Below are positions 33,876-49,260 of a stretch of 64,000 bases of DNA, in pieces. The notes beneath the pieces were generated by a model. That model saw only the letters and a program-made list of their open reading frames with translations. It did not search any database and had not been told where the DNA came from. The translations under genes and the position numbers were made by a program. The stretch lies in assembly GCA_951804945.1 (NCBI GenBank), contig OX638156.1, positions 59,520,001-59,584,000 on the forward strand. The letters run 5' to 3'. Each line of letters starts with the position of its first letter. The stretch's first letter is position 1. The DNA is from Podarcis cretensis (Eukaryota).

Positions 33876-35931
33876 CTGTTAAAAAGTACAGAATAGTGAG
33901 CACATAAGCATTCTTTCACAACAACGAAGTTGCTCACAACAGTATAGAGAGTTTTGGATTCTGGGGAATATGTGGTCCAGCCCCACACAGCATGGTGAAC
34001 AGTCTGGGGAAAATGTACACCAGCAGTATAAGGAGGGCCACAAGTTCCCCACCCCTGTGTTAGATGAACATACACTGTGCTCCCTTCTCAGACCAACAAT
34101 GGGTTGTAAAGAAAATCAGTTTCCACTTTTGCATCATGCTTGCAGCTGAGATGCATTTAGTGCAAAAATGACATGCAAGACGGGTTTAATTTGTTTCATA
34201 GCCCTGAATGACAATAGGTGTTAAATGGCATTCAGGGCAGCAATCCAGTCATATCTGAGACCGTGGCTTTTAACCAAATAACTCCGTCATGTCTATGTAC
34301 TACTGAAACCAGTGTTAACACAATAAACACAACTAATGTAGATCTGTTACTCCCCAAGGGATTTCTTCATTACTAACTTTAGCTGGATTGGGGGGTATTT
34401 AGTTGAATCCAGTTAAGTTTCTCTAAAATATTGTAGGTAATTATCCAAGCGTTGGTCTGATCTAACTTTGCTTCACCTTGACAGAGCTTGTGCAAGGCAG
34501 GACAGATTAATAAGATTTGCTACATTAAAGACACACCAAGGATGGTATAGCATAACTGAAAGAAGATGACATGATGGAAAGCTAAGTGAAATGTCGTTTT
34601 AAACTTTAGAACTTGGGAGCATTTTTGTTGGTTGTACATTACTTTTGAGCTTTTGGGAAAGTTGCATAAAGTATTTATAAATGGCGTAACAAAGATTGCT
34701 GTCAGAGACACAGTGCTCCAAGTGCCTATTACAGACATGGAACTTTTCAGTTAATGCTACGTCAAAAGAATTTGCTAAAACTTCGGTTAAAATCCATGAT
34801 TTGCACAAACAACTCTTTGGCAGAGTGGTTCTCTATACCACATATACTACTCTTGGGAGGAAGGCATTATCTCTGTAACCAGAAACACACACTCCTCAGA
34901 GACTCATGTTTTGACACATGCTGTATAGAACAGGGACTCTCTGTCAAGGTATAGATATGATCATTTATCTCAATTCATTTTTATTTTTATTCCTCAGTTC
35001 TTTGCATTGAAATAGTTAGCTATCAAATAACCTTTCTGGTCACTCTGGACCATGATTTTTCTTTTCTTTGCAGGCTTCTCCACCCTGCTTCTCTGTGTCC
35101 ATCAGTGCAATCTTATGCACATTTGTTCAGAAGCAAACTCCATTATATCTAGTAAGTGTGTTTAGAATTGGGGCCTAGGTCTATATCAATAAAACAAATC
35201 AACCTTTGCTGAATAGGAGTATTTAGTAAATTGTCTGCAACAGTTCTTTCATCCCTCCAGTGCATCCCAACAACATGTTTTCTTAGAAGCAACTCCTGTG
35301 TTCAATGGGGCTTACTTTTAAGTAAATGGGCACAGGGTATCAGCCACAGGTGGTTTGAAAATCATGGTCAACTGCAATTCTTTCAGCTATCTTTGACACT
35401 GTTGTTTCTCCTCTACCTCCTGTTCTCTGCTTTCAATATATCGTAGTCTGGATCATCAGAGTCTGCATGCTTCCATACAGGCTTTATGCTGTTAAGAATA
35501 TCTGGGAATAACAGGCCTTGATTTAGTGAGTGGCCAATTTAAGTTGGCCAGATCAAGCCTTCAGCAGATTCTGCTGTCAACATTTCAGTCTGCAACACAT
35601 GAGGGTTAACAACTTGTTTTAAAATGAGAACTCCCAACTACAGTATGTCATACTCAAGTAGACCCACTCAAATTAATGGACTTAAATCACATCCGCTGAC
35701 TTCAGCAAGCCTACTCTTGAGAAAAAAATCTGCCAAATACAACCCAAAGTATCTTATACTGCTTATGGAACTTCCACAACCTATATTCTATTCTATTTGA
35801 GAATGTCACTATTTATTACTCCCTGTGTTCTTTCTACCAAAGTAGTCAGTTATCAAATCAACTTTTTCTGTCTTGATCATGAACCTATGCTTGCAGGCCT
35901 CTTGCCTGTGCTTTTCTGTATCTGTCCATGC

Positions 35932-36191
35932 AATTCGTTCCGCGAGTCTCTTCGTCTTGCGGTTTTTTCGTCTTGCGAAGCACCCCTATTAGTGGCTTAG
36001 CGGATTAGCGCTATTAGCGGCTTAGAAAAAGGGGGGGGAGGGAAAAAACTCACAAGACTCGCAAGACGTTTTCGTCTTGCGAAGCAAGCCCATAGGGAAA
36101 TTCGTCTTGCGAAGCGCCTCAAAAAACGGAAAACCCTTTCGTCTAGCGAGTTTTTCGTCTTGCGAGGCATTCGTCTTGCGGGGCACCACTG
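35932..36191. mobile_element. MITE family 2, left TIR missing
   Basis: Collinear with 11176-11490 from about 25 nt into the element; right TIR plus TA present. Confidence 0.88.
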
Positions 36192-36341
36192 TATATGTTT
36201 ACTAAGAAGCAAGCTCCATTATGCCTGAAGCTTTTTGTGCCACTGTGCATAATGCAAATCAAACTTTCTTGAATCGGAAGAAGCTTTTATACCTATATTA
36301 CAGGCCTCCCTGCCAGGATCTAAAGTGAACTTTTGGCCTCA

Positions 36342-36491
<150 letters not shown>

Positions 36492-36583
36492 TTAAGAGAA
36501 AGGAAAGGTTAACCGTATTTTTAAAGGATGGGGGGGGGGGAGTGACATCACTAATGGATCCAACTTGGGACATATAATGTTTA

Positions 36584-36712
<129 letters not shown>

Positions 36713-37035
36713 TTAAAAGAAGAAAACAACCATTAGGGTGATTGTAACGGGTAAACATTTTCTCTGAATATAATATGATTTTACACTGCAAAAAGGAAAT
36801 TAGTCCCAACAAAACAAAACAAGGTTATTTACCAATCAACTGGGATCTAAATATCCCAATAATACAAAATGAAGTAATAAGCAATTTTATTACACAAATA
36901 TTGCACTTTTATATCACAAATATAAAAACAGTTAAAAACATAACCTGAAATTATTCAACTCAATAAAATAATCCCAAATGCTTTTTGACTTTATGGTCTT
37001 CCTCAGTGTTCCTTAAGGTGAGGGATATACATATA

Positions 37036-37575
37036 CAGTGGTGCCTCGCAAGACGAAATTAATTCGTTCCGCAAGTTTTTTCTTCTTGTGAGTTTTTCGT
37101 CTTGTGAAGCACGGTTTCCCATAGGAATGCACTGAAAATCAATCAATGCATTCCTATGGAGACCGTCCGGGGACAGAGGGGAAGAGCTGCGCACCTTCCC
37201 CTCTGTCCCCGGACCTGTTTAAAGCAAGGGGCGGCGGGGAGAAGATTGCTTCTCCCCGTTGCCTGCCCCGCAATCTCCGGGGACAGAGGGGAAGGCGCAC
37301 AGCAGACCTGTCCCCAGACCTGTTTTAAAGCAAGGGAAGGGGCAGCGGGGAGAATTGCTTCTCCCCGTTGCCGCCCCTTGGTTCAAAAGGGGTCCGGGGA
37401 GAGAGGGGAAGGCGCGCGCGCTTCCCCGCTATCCCCGGAGCTTGCGGGGCAAGCTTCGTTTTGCGAAGCAAACCCATAGGGAGATGCGTCTTGCGAAGCG
37501 GCTAAGAAAACGAAAAACTCCTTCGTCTAGCGAGTTTTTCGTCTTCCGAGGCGTTCGTCTTGCGGGGCACCACTG
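37036..37575. mobile_element. MITE family 2, long variant with a GC-rich hairpin-repeat interior
   Basis: Same TIRs and TA TSD; different core at 37160-37445. Confidence 0.9.
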
Positions 37576-38125
37576 TACATATACAGAAAGATAATTCATC
37601 AGCTTTTTGCTTTCCAGCTTCTACTGTACAAGTTGCAGCTACGAAATGGCAATGTATTAAAACACACAATATAGATATTTGCAAATTTCACACATTATAC
37701 ACATAGAGAGAGCATGTGTGTATGTATGTATACAAATATGTGAGCATGTGTATATAAGGTGGGTCACTTTTAGACATACGTGCTATTACTTTTGACTTAT
37801 GTATATATATTACTCAACTCTAAAACTCTATATAATATAAACAATTCCAAACAAACATAACCTGAAATTAACTCAACTCTAAAATAAACTCAGACACATT
37901 TTGGTCTTAGGGTCATCCTCGTGGGTCATCTGTGTTATATATATATTTGTGATATAAAATCATTTTTTAATACCAGTATTATATTACTACATTTTGTACC
38001 ATCTAGACCCCCAATTTGTTGGGAATCACCTGAAACTAGATTGTACGCAATTCAGGAACTACTGCTGCTTTGTTGCATCCTTGGGTTAAAAGTCTCCAAG
38101 AAATTGTTTACTTTCCTATGGCCTA

Positions 38126-38356
<231 letters not shown>

Positions 38357-39273
38357 CTATTGGAGGGGAAACAAGAACAAAAGATTATTTGCAAAAAATC
38401 TCCAGATTCCTTTACAATCCATGTAAACACTAAAATCAATAGTGAAATTAAAGAATCAACCAATTTAATAGCTGGCTCAGGGGACAAAACACAAAAAGCT
38501 TTTGCACATATCCCATCACTCAATTATTTCTGATGCAAAATGCCCCAAGACTTCCACTCAGACTCTGTGGGTGTCTGGGCAAGTCATTACCTGACTCTGC
38601 CCCCTGCCCCAAATCTATAAAATAGAACAAAATAAATGATCAACCTTCACAGGATTCTTCTGAAGGAGGAATGAAATGGAAAGTTGCAACATACACACTT
38701 AACACAGAAAAAGACCTAACAAGATTGTGAATGAAATACACTGAATAGTAAGTGAGCTGAAGTTGGGACCTGGGATATGCAAAACCAGACTAAAACACTT
38801 GTCAATATTCTACATATCTGGATAGGCTTGCTTAAACAAAAACAAGCAGGCATGCTGAAAGGAGTGCAGTGAAGACACCTGCCGGATGTCAGTAGGAAGG
38901 GAGTTCCAAATTGTTAAGTGTTGCCACAATAAAAGATCAATTTCTAACAAAATGCGGAACAAGAATTATGTAGCACCCGTAACAGTGGCAGTTCAGCAGA
39001 TCAAAGCAGCTGAATGGGCGTATCTGGGGTGAGGCTACCTCACCACATTGTTCTGATGTTATCACACTGATCTTCATCCTCTGTCTTCTTCCCTCCACAC
39101 CCTTTCCTTTATGTGTCTTTGCCTTTTTAATTTGCAGATAAAAATATCCCCAAAACATCTGGCAGAAATGGTACAAAATAATTCAAAAAAAATAATTAGT
39201 TTAAACAAGTGAATGTTTTAGAACTGCTATTACTAAAGTGATATTACACTTAAAAGAAGGGAAAGGCCATTCA

Positions 39274-39700
<427 letters not shown>

Positions 39701-41579
39701 TATTCCACAAAGAACATGGGTCTGTGATCTCAGAAGATATTGACAGCTTAATAGGTGAACTGTCACTCAGTGGTGTTCAAAGTACTCATACCTTGCAAGA
39801 GAAAAAAGCAAATTTGCTGATTTGCTACTTGCTGAAATAACAGATAATGGACTAGCATGACTAGTGGACAAGCCTGTATGGTTCCTTTTCTAGATTCCTT
39901 CTCATACTGAACTTTAACTTCCAGTTTGCTAACAACATGTGAAATCAGCCTTCATACTTATTGCCCGAAGCCACCTTACAGGCACTCTCAGACACACCAT
40001 AAAATGTACAACCTGTTGGTTGTCTGTCTAATAACAAACAAAACTCCTCTGGAAACTCATCCAATGCTAAAGGTATAAGAGCTTTCTATACTGGAAATAG
40101 TATGAGATACCAAATGCTTGCATTAATTGTACAATCAAATATGGTAATTCATAAAAATTTAACCTGGAAGACTGCTCAAAAAGTCTACTTAACTGGGGAG
40201 AGACACAGACAGATCCACACATATCCTCTGGTGCCATCTAGTGATATAATAATTAAAAACAAGGAGCAACACCATTCAGGGTCAGGTGTTCTGTCTTGGG
40301 AGACAATGGAGTGTGCCTCCGGGGTTGAAGTCAAACTGCTGCGTTAGCAGCACCCGAGTGACCTCCCCAGGATGCAAGCATGAGCAGTGTGTAAGGAGGT
40401 GCTAGGCAGCCAAGTGCTAAGGACCACTTTGGCAAACAAAAAGCTAACACTTCCATTTCATTTTTTTTGTGAATAGCTTTGCCATGCAGGCAGGCTCAAC
40501 TTGGTTGTAGTTGCAGGACTGCCCGTCCCCTTTCGCCACCTGAAACAGAAATGTGCCACCTCCTGCCTCCTGCCCCCGGCTGCCATTCCGCCCATCCCAC
40601 CACTTCTGCTGCTGTCAGAATGCCCCCCTCTTACCAAAAACTCATTGAGATGAGGGGGTGTTTCCAGGGGTGGGGAAGACAAGCAGCATTGTTGCAGAAT
40701 GTTTTCTAGCACCAGGACGCCTCCCTCTTCCCAAAACTGTGTGAGAGGGGGTGTTCCGGTGGCAGCAAAAAGGGTGGGGTGGATGGGGTGCAACTGCTTG
40801 AGCTTTTGCCGCCTGAGGTGGCTGCTTCACCCTGCCTCATGGGTAGGCCAGATCTGACCCCAGGACTACCATCCCTTCCATACAACTTCTCACAGGCTCT
40901 GATTAAGGCCATTTCCCATTTTAAGGCTTCTTTTTCACCAGAATACAGATCACACTGTACCAAAGAGCTCTCAAACAATCAGGAGAAGCTTTTGGGAGAC
41001 AACATGATGTAGGAAGGCCTGGAGAAAGGCAGGCAGATTGCAAGAGCTTCTACTAGAGCAAATCTACCATTGGAGATACCCTATATAAATGCTTTGGCCC
41101 TCTCAATTGTTTCACTGTTTTCACTCTTTTAAACATGGTTGGGATGAGGTTTTCTAGCAGCATCCTTCTCCAACCTGATGCTCTCCAAATTTTATTGGAC
41201 TGCACAGTTTCATCTATGCCAACCACTGGCCAGGCTTGCTGAGGCTGATGGGGGAAAAGGAGTCCAACAACATATGGAGACCATCAGAAATACAATGAAT
41301 TTTTTTAAGAAACGGAGAGAGGAGAAACAACATGAATTTTCAAGAACATGCCTCAAATCTCCTGTTGCCTACATCTCTTGAAGCTTAGCCATGGCCTCAG
41401 CTACACTGGCAAAGAAAAAGCACTTTATATGCGTTGTTTATGCATTCTAACACTGTGACACCAGAAGGCGCTGTGGAGTTCTGTTTTTGCTCACACCATT
41501 TCTCATACAAAGTTTGCAACGCGTTTTACTGAAACGCTTCTTTGATGTGTCTAGATCCAGCCCATGTTTCCATATATCA

Positions 41580-41744
<165 letters not shown>

Positions 41745-42717
41745 CTATACGCTTAGTGTTAGACAAGGACAGCACACACTTAAAATTAAAACAAAACAAT
41801 CTTCACAGAGCTCAGCCTTTTGCTACATACAAGAGGTCCTTTATACAACCATGGAGGGATGCAATAGTACTCCAATCACAAAGCAGTTGCTTTTCAGTCA
41901 TGAACAGGCAGCAGGGGGAGATAGGAGGCCACAGAATAAAGCTATTCTTCACGTAAGGCCTGACATAAGAAGCAAGCCATTCACATCCCAGAGGTGCTTC
42001 TCATGTTACTTCAGAAAGAAAATGTGGCTTTATCATCAGGAGCTGAATTCACATGTAAGGATTCGAGGAAATATCATTGAAAAAAGCAATAGCAACTAGA
42101 CTCAAATTCATAGCGTTAAAGTACATCAAGGATTTGAAATTCGTCTCTAAAAATTTTTTAAAGTCTAGCTTATTTGGCTAACTGTTTACTGAGACCAGAA
42201 TGCAACAAAACTTGTGACCAGAGGCTTGAGGATGCCCTTTGAAACCAGACTTTTCTTTGAACTGCAGACCACCAATGACAACAACCCCCAATGCGGTGTT
42301 CCCAAACTGGTTTTGGCAGTCCTTTTGCTGTACAGAATGATGTGTTTGTTGGGAAATGCAAACCCAAAGCTCCTTTTGGCATGCACAACCAGTTGTGTGG
42401 TTCTCTGGATTCTGGTGCAAGAACAGTAATAAAGCAAGGAAGGCTTTTTTTAAAAGGATACTGCAAATTGTCACACTGGCAACGTTTGCAGTAACTGTGC
42501 CCATGAAAAAGATTCATGGTTTGTGTTCTTCAGCCTCCCCCATAGTTGTTTTGCTGAGGAGGAGAACCTTCCTTACCCAGGCCATTCTTACTCTATTGCC
42601 CCTTCCTCAATCTTTTGGGCTTATTTGCATGTGTGAGGACCCACTTCTAACAGATACAGAGAATTTAAAAAGCAACAGCAATCAACAATAATTTACTGGT
42701 TCGGCTTGCAACTTTCA

Positions 42718-43020
<303 letters not shown>

Positions 43021-44603
43021 TCATAGAACTGTGATTAAATTTGATACAAAGCTTTTCTAGGGCAGGGGTCTAAAATCCTGTTCATGCCATATATTTCTGA
43101 AGTGAACAGAAGTGACTCAAAACACTTTTCTTGGCAGTGAGAGTTCGAGAAACGGCGCTCTATGGCCACCTCCTAATATACAAACTAATATCCCTGGCAG
43201 TTTGGTGGCTTATGGTTCTGAAGTCCCCAAGTCTCTCAGGCAAATATCTCCCAGCTCACAGGTTACGATGAAATCTGTAGGAACAGAGTGTTTCTCAGCT
43301 GCAGGATCCAAGATAGGGTGGGGCGGGAAACACGCTATGACTCCCTGAACCACAACCACAGAGGCGATATAACTAAATGTGCAGGGGAATGTACAAAATC
43401 ATAACCACAGCAAAGGCACAGCATGACACAAATATCTCCAACATAGATAACCCACCCCCTGTGCCATTCTACAGAATCTGGGAGCAAGTACCTGAAATAC
43501 CATCATGACCCAAGTGAACCTTCTGGGATCATTCTCCAAATTCCCCTGTCTTCAGATATAAAGCAAGTATCAACTGCAGGAAAGGGACCTTTCTATGGCA
43601 GCTTCCCATCTTTGGAATTCCCTCCGTGGGAGCTTTGCCAGGAGCCTTCACTGTTACCATTAAAATACCAGGCTGAGTACATCCTACCTACTTGAGCTTT
43701 TAACTCACTTCCATGGCTTTTAATGGTTTCATTTTGCTACTTCTGCCCTGTGTCGATTCTTTTCTGACACCGCTGTCATTGTTTGTTTTTGGAATTTATT
43801 ATTATTGTGATTTTTAACTTTAAACCGCCCCAAGGAGTTTTACGGTTGAAATGTGGGTTAGAAGCATCGATAAATCAGTTAATCCTCCAGCTTAAATGCA
43901 TCACCAGCCTGGTGTTAGAACACAGTAGGTGGCCCGGTAGGCAAGCAGGTAGGTATTTTATTGCACAGCATCATCTAGGTCAAATACTAAATGACAGTTC
44001 AAGCAGCTGTCTCTGAAGTGTCTACTCAGGGCATTGCCTGACACAAGCAGCCCTGTGGAAAGGAGTGAGAGACAGTAAGGGAGGCATGCAAATATACCAA
44101 CCAATGCCTACTCCAAGTAGACTGCCCCTTCTCCTCTCCACAGGATCACAAAATGTCCTGCTGAAACGAACAGGAGATTGAGGGGACTAGACAAAAGATA
44201 AACTGGGTGTCTGCTCCAGCTAGACTCTCTTCTCCTGGATTCTGATGAGCTTCAATAAATCTTACTGTGGTTTTATTATTGTATTCTGACTGTACTTGCA
44301 AGTCACATTGGCCAGATTTCCACTGGTAAAGGTTGGAAATACATAATTAGAAACAATAATTTATAAATGTGCAGGACTATCTTCTGTCAACAGCCAGGTC
44401 AGTAAAGGGAAAGTGATGTTGACAGCGACTTTGACTCCCTTGAACTTCAAATTTGCTTTCCGGTGAAATTATATAACTTTTCATCTCCATAACATCAAAA
44501 CAGCTGTTATGCAATTTCAGTATGACTTACAAGTTAAATATAAGCAGGGAAGGAAAAATGTGATATTCAGTGTAAGAATAAGGGGAAATTAAAGACTACT
44601 AAC

Positions 44604-44650
44604 CTAGTAGGTAAATATAAACCAGTCTTAAAACTTCCAAATATCTGTAC
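44604..44650 (-). CDS. TENT4B: TENT4B exon 3 (47 nt), start of nucleotidyltransferase GS motif
   Basis: tttccag| ... |gttagt; VQIFGSFKTGLYLPT(S). Confidence 0.96.
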
Positions 44651-45044
44651 CTGGAAAAAAACATGCAAGTAGGAAGTTAAAATCCTTCACCAAAAACATA
44701 TGGAGAAAAAATTAACATTGAATGTGCTGCCCTCAACTGGCAGACTTTGGAAAAGCTTGAAGAATAATATAGGACATGAGTTTGAACTCTGAATATTCAA
44801 CACCATAGCAGCTAATTGCCAATTCTAAAAAGTAATGTTGTTAAGTAGGCACTTTAACAAAATTATTTCAAAACTAGATAACTGTTATATTCCAAATACC
44901 ACTTGAATTGTAATGATTGAGAACAGTGACACTATACTCAATTTTTAAAACTTACAAACCCTTACAAAAATAATTGAAAGTGGAGGGGGAAATAAACTGC
45001 TCCTTTTGGTGCCTTTACAACTCAAAACCTAGTTTCTGTTTATG

Positions 45045-45335
45045 GCCCCATCTGCACTATACATTTAAAGCAGCGTCATACCACTTTAAACACTCATTGC
45101 TTGCCTCACAATCCTTGGAACTGTGGTTGGGTGAAGGTGCCACGAGCTGTTAGCGCTCCAATTCCCTCAATTTCCTTGGGAAGAGTCACTGGTTGTTAAA
45201 TCACTCTGAGAACTGGGACTCTTGGAAGGTGACCATGTTGCCTAACAATTCTCAGTGCCCTTATCAAACTACATTTCCCAGGATTATTTGGTTTAAACTG
45301 GTATGATACTGCTTTAGATAGAATAGATGGGGCCC
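45045..45335. mobile_element. Palindromic non-autonomous DNA element; relatives near 6235, 13480, 17290 and 24540
   Basis: gccccatct...aaagcagcgtcatacca / tggtatgatactgcttt...agatggggc inverted ends; gggaactgtagttt core motif. Confidence 0.7.
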
Positions 45336-48060
45336 ATATTAAGGAAAAGTAAGCTCTCAACCACACTTGGAAAATGAGATGAGTATAACTTTATCTATCC
45401 CCCCCCCCCAGACTGGACAAATGGGAAGAAGCCAAAGCTCAGTGAGAGCATCTGCTTTGCATGAAGGAGGTTCCAGGTTCAATTAAATAAAAATATCAGG
45501 TGCCTGAGAGCTGGCACCTGGTGCCACCAACAATTGACAAAACTGAGGTAGGCAAATAGTCTGATCAGGTTACGCCAGCCTTCTACACTGTGCCTACTGC
45601 CATTTATTTCTAAGAAAATTCTGAATTTCAATTATATCCTTCACGTGCCATAATTTAGCAGCTCTCTTCAAACAGATTGGCTAACTAGACATTTTGTGTC
45701 ATCATCATGCTGAGCTGTGCAGAACAGAGAAAACACAGTCACTACACACACACACACACAGTGTGAAAACAGCTCCAGCACAAACAAATCACAGTAACTG
45801 CAGGTTCTCCAAACTACAATTTAAATTGACAAGATGTGCTCTTTGGGGAAGGCCGCAGCAGCACACAAGTTTTTCTGCAGAACCTGAAGTGACCTTCAGG
45901 ATTATTTTGAACCCAGTGGTTTTCGGGATCCAAATAGCCAGTCATATGTCCCACCCCTTTCCCGCAGGATTTGTAAAGCGTATTCAACCTTTGTTTTTAA
46001 GAAGGAGCACAGTATTTGCCAAATCAACTTATGAAGCTTCCTTCTACTGAAACAGACAAAGCAAGCCAGGATCCACCCATCTTGTACAACTCCCCCAGGT
46101 AGCTCTCTCTCTTTGCCCTGCAAGCCAGTATCTTTAGAGACATAGGAAGCTGCCTTTTACTAGGCCAGAATTATTTGCCCATCTAGCACAAGATTGTCTA
46201 TTCTGACTGGCAGTGGCTCTCTTGGATTTTAGGCAATGAGAAATCTTTTACCTTCTACCAGATTCTTGCTACTGAAGGCATCAAGGACTGAACCACAGGT
46301 CTCCTCCATGCAAAATATTACCTGAACCACTGAGCTATGGCTCCTCCGGTCAGTTTTCAGAGGCCAAACTCTTTCCTCCAGCAGGTTTTCCTCTACTGAA
46401 CTTTCACACACTCTTATCGTAATTACGCAATACACAATGTGAAGTCACTGTGGTCAAAACAACACAAGGTTTTATCTGAGAGAGTTAATTCTGCTCAGCT
46501 TTGAGGACCCTGGGTCACCTTATAATTGAAACTCTCTTTCAATGGAACCAGCTATATAGAAATGATCAGTGATAAGACTGATCCTGGACTTAGTGTAAAT
46601 ACTAGTGTGCAGGGATTAGAAAGCCCTTTAAGCTATGAGGACTCTGTGATGCAAATCCAGGCATAACTCTAGCTGCGCTCCTTATCCAAGGCTCCTTGGT
46701 GGACATGGGAGAGTCACTGTGATAGGCATGTGCACACCCTCCTAGCCACCCCACATTTAATAACAGTGTTTGTAAGCATGCGCCAGGCTTCCTATGCAGG
46801 AAACTGCATGGCGTCATGCTAAGGACAATTTAGAGTTTTAAAATGCGATGGTGTGCTGTTTGTTCTTTTTAACAAGGTTTACTTTCTTTTTCAAAACCAA
46901 TCTAACATGTTTCCTCTTCATGTCAGCTGTGCTGTCGTCCCAACCCCAGGATAATTAAAGCCTCTCTCAGCCACTCTTATGGTGGAGCCCAGCTGATGCC
47001 AAGAACAGTTCTCACTTACTAGGAATGTTTCCGTCTAAGCACATTCCCTGGAGCAATAGAGCAAATGACACAATTGCTGGCTTCTATAAATAAAGGCATA
47101 GTTTTAATAAATGCTTGCTTAATGCCATCGATCCTGTTTTATCTTTTTTCTTAAACACACCGAGTGTACGCAAACTCCTGAAAGACAAGAAATCCTCTTC
47201 CCTAAAAAGGAGGCAGGGTTCAAGAGCTTTCTATGAATTGTGCAGCCACAGGAAATATTTCTATGGAATATAAGATTGCAGTGTTTTCATTTCAGTCCAG
47301 ATGTGGACGGCAAGTATGACTGGATCAAGTTAACAGGAAAAGTATGGATTTAGGAATGAGTAGAGGGAAGGGGCAGGCAGGTTTTGTACAGGTGCTCTTC
47401 CTGCCAGCGAAGATGGCTTGTCTGTTAAGCCAGTAAGCAACTAAATGAATTTCTCAACCAGCTTTCAGAGCATGCTTTCACTACCTTATGTAAAGGACAT
47501 ATTAAACAGTCCCCCAAGTTTTGCTTACATGTTACTCTTTTGCAAATCACTTAAGTCACAGAATATATGCAGCTACAGAATAAAACTCAAAGCTCATCAT
47601 AGCCAAAATTCAGCAGCTTGTTTGTTTTACAATTATTTGGGGGCATATCTATCTTTCTTCCCCTTACCTTTGCTCCCTTTCCTTCTACGCAGTTGAAGGC
47701 ATGCAAGTGGTGAAATGGAATGTAAGGGGTGATTTGCGGACCCACAACCCCTAGTACACAAAAACACCAGGCATCAGTCTTGCTGCTAAACTTTGGCTGC
47801 TGGAGCTTCCAATCTCCAGTGATATTCCATTCAGTACAGGAATTTGTTCTTTCTTCTAATATGCTCCTAACACACTGAGTCTGAGAATAAGTGCACAACA
47901 AATCATAACCTTAATATCAACTGAGGTTGAAATTGTTCATATTTGCCTCATTTACATATTTTTCATTCCAGGGCTTACATTTTCTAGTTGTGGAATTGTG
48001 GATTGTTTTCTTTTTGGGGGGAGGAACATCCCAGTCATCAAGCAGACATAGAAATATTTA

Positions 48061-48243
<183 letters not shown>

Positions 48244-48967
48244 TTAGACTAATTACACAGTAATATGACTAAAATAAGAACATTGTCTCAGTTGTAATCT
48301 TTAACCCCAATCCTGTACATGCATACTTGGAAGTAAGTCCAACTGTGTTCAATGGGACTTGCATCCACATTACGTGTGCTTTGGATTACAGCCCAAGTCT
48401 GGTAAGGATAACAGTCTCAACCAATTTAAAATCACTTATAAGAGCAGACCTACAACTCATAAAGGGAAAAGGAAATGTACAAACTAGTGTTTGCCTCAAA
48501 ATGCTATGCTGAGGCGAAGTATTTGCAGAGAAATACTGGCAGGCAGGATACTAGCAGGCAGGAGGGGCTCTTTTAATACTTTTGTCACCCCAAGATTCAT
48601 CTCTGCAACTCCTTCCACTGGACAATGTTCATCTTATTTTTTTCAAGCTCTGAGATAAAAAGCAGGCTGTGCAGGAGGTGTGGGTTGAGAGGAGGCAATC
48701 CTGGGGTTAACAGGTAACCCACAACTGCCCCTCATCCAGACATCCACACTTGGAAACCTATCTTTGCTGGGTAAGTGTAGTTGTGTCTTTGGTCTCACAG
48801 ATTTCAACAGGACTTCCTTCTGTTTTTTTATTTAACCAGATTTGAATGCCACTAAACCATCAAAACATCTAAGCAGTTTACATAAAACAAAGCACACATT
48901 AAAAATACAAATAAAAATGGTAAAAACAAGCTGATCTACTCCCCCCCCCCAAAAAAGCAAAAGCTTT

Positions 48968-49260
48968 TAAAGGTAAAGGTAAAGGGACCCCTGACCATTA
49001 GGTCCAGTCATGGCCGACTGTGGAGTTGCAGTGCTCATCTTGCTTTATTGGCCGAGGGAGCCAGCATACAGCTTTCAGGTCATATGGCCAGCATGACTAA
49101 GCTGCTTCTGGCGAACCAGAGCAGCGCACAGAAACGCCGTTTACCTTCCCGCCGGAGCGGTACCTATTTATCTACTTGCACTTTGACATGCTTTCGAACT
49201 GCTAGGTTGGCAGGAGCAGGGACTGAGCAATCGGAGCTCACCCCGTCGTGGGGATTCGAA
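48968..49260 (-). mobile_element. Sauria SINE (subfamily A), 5'-truncated at the B box
   Basis: (TAAAGG)n tail and body; similarity stops after gggattcgaa. Confidence 0.9.

Noticed and set aside
42170-42691. Six overlapping ORFs on both strands in intron 4
   Set aside because: No recognisable protein similarity; probably a decayed repeat or chance stop-poor sequence
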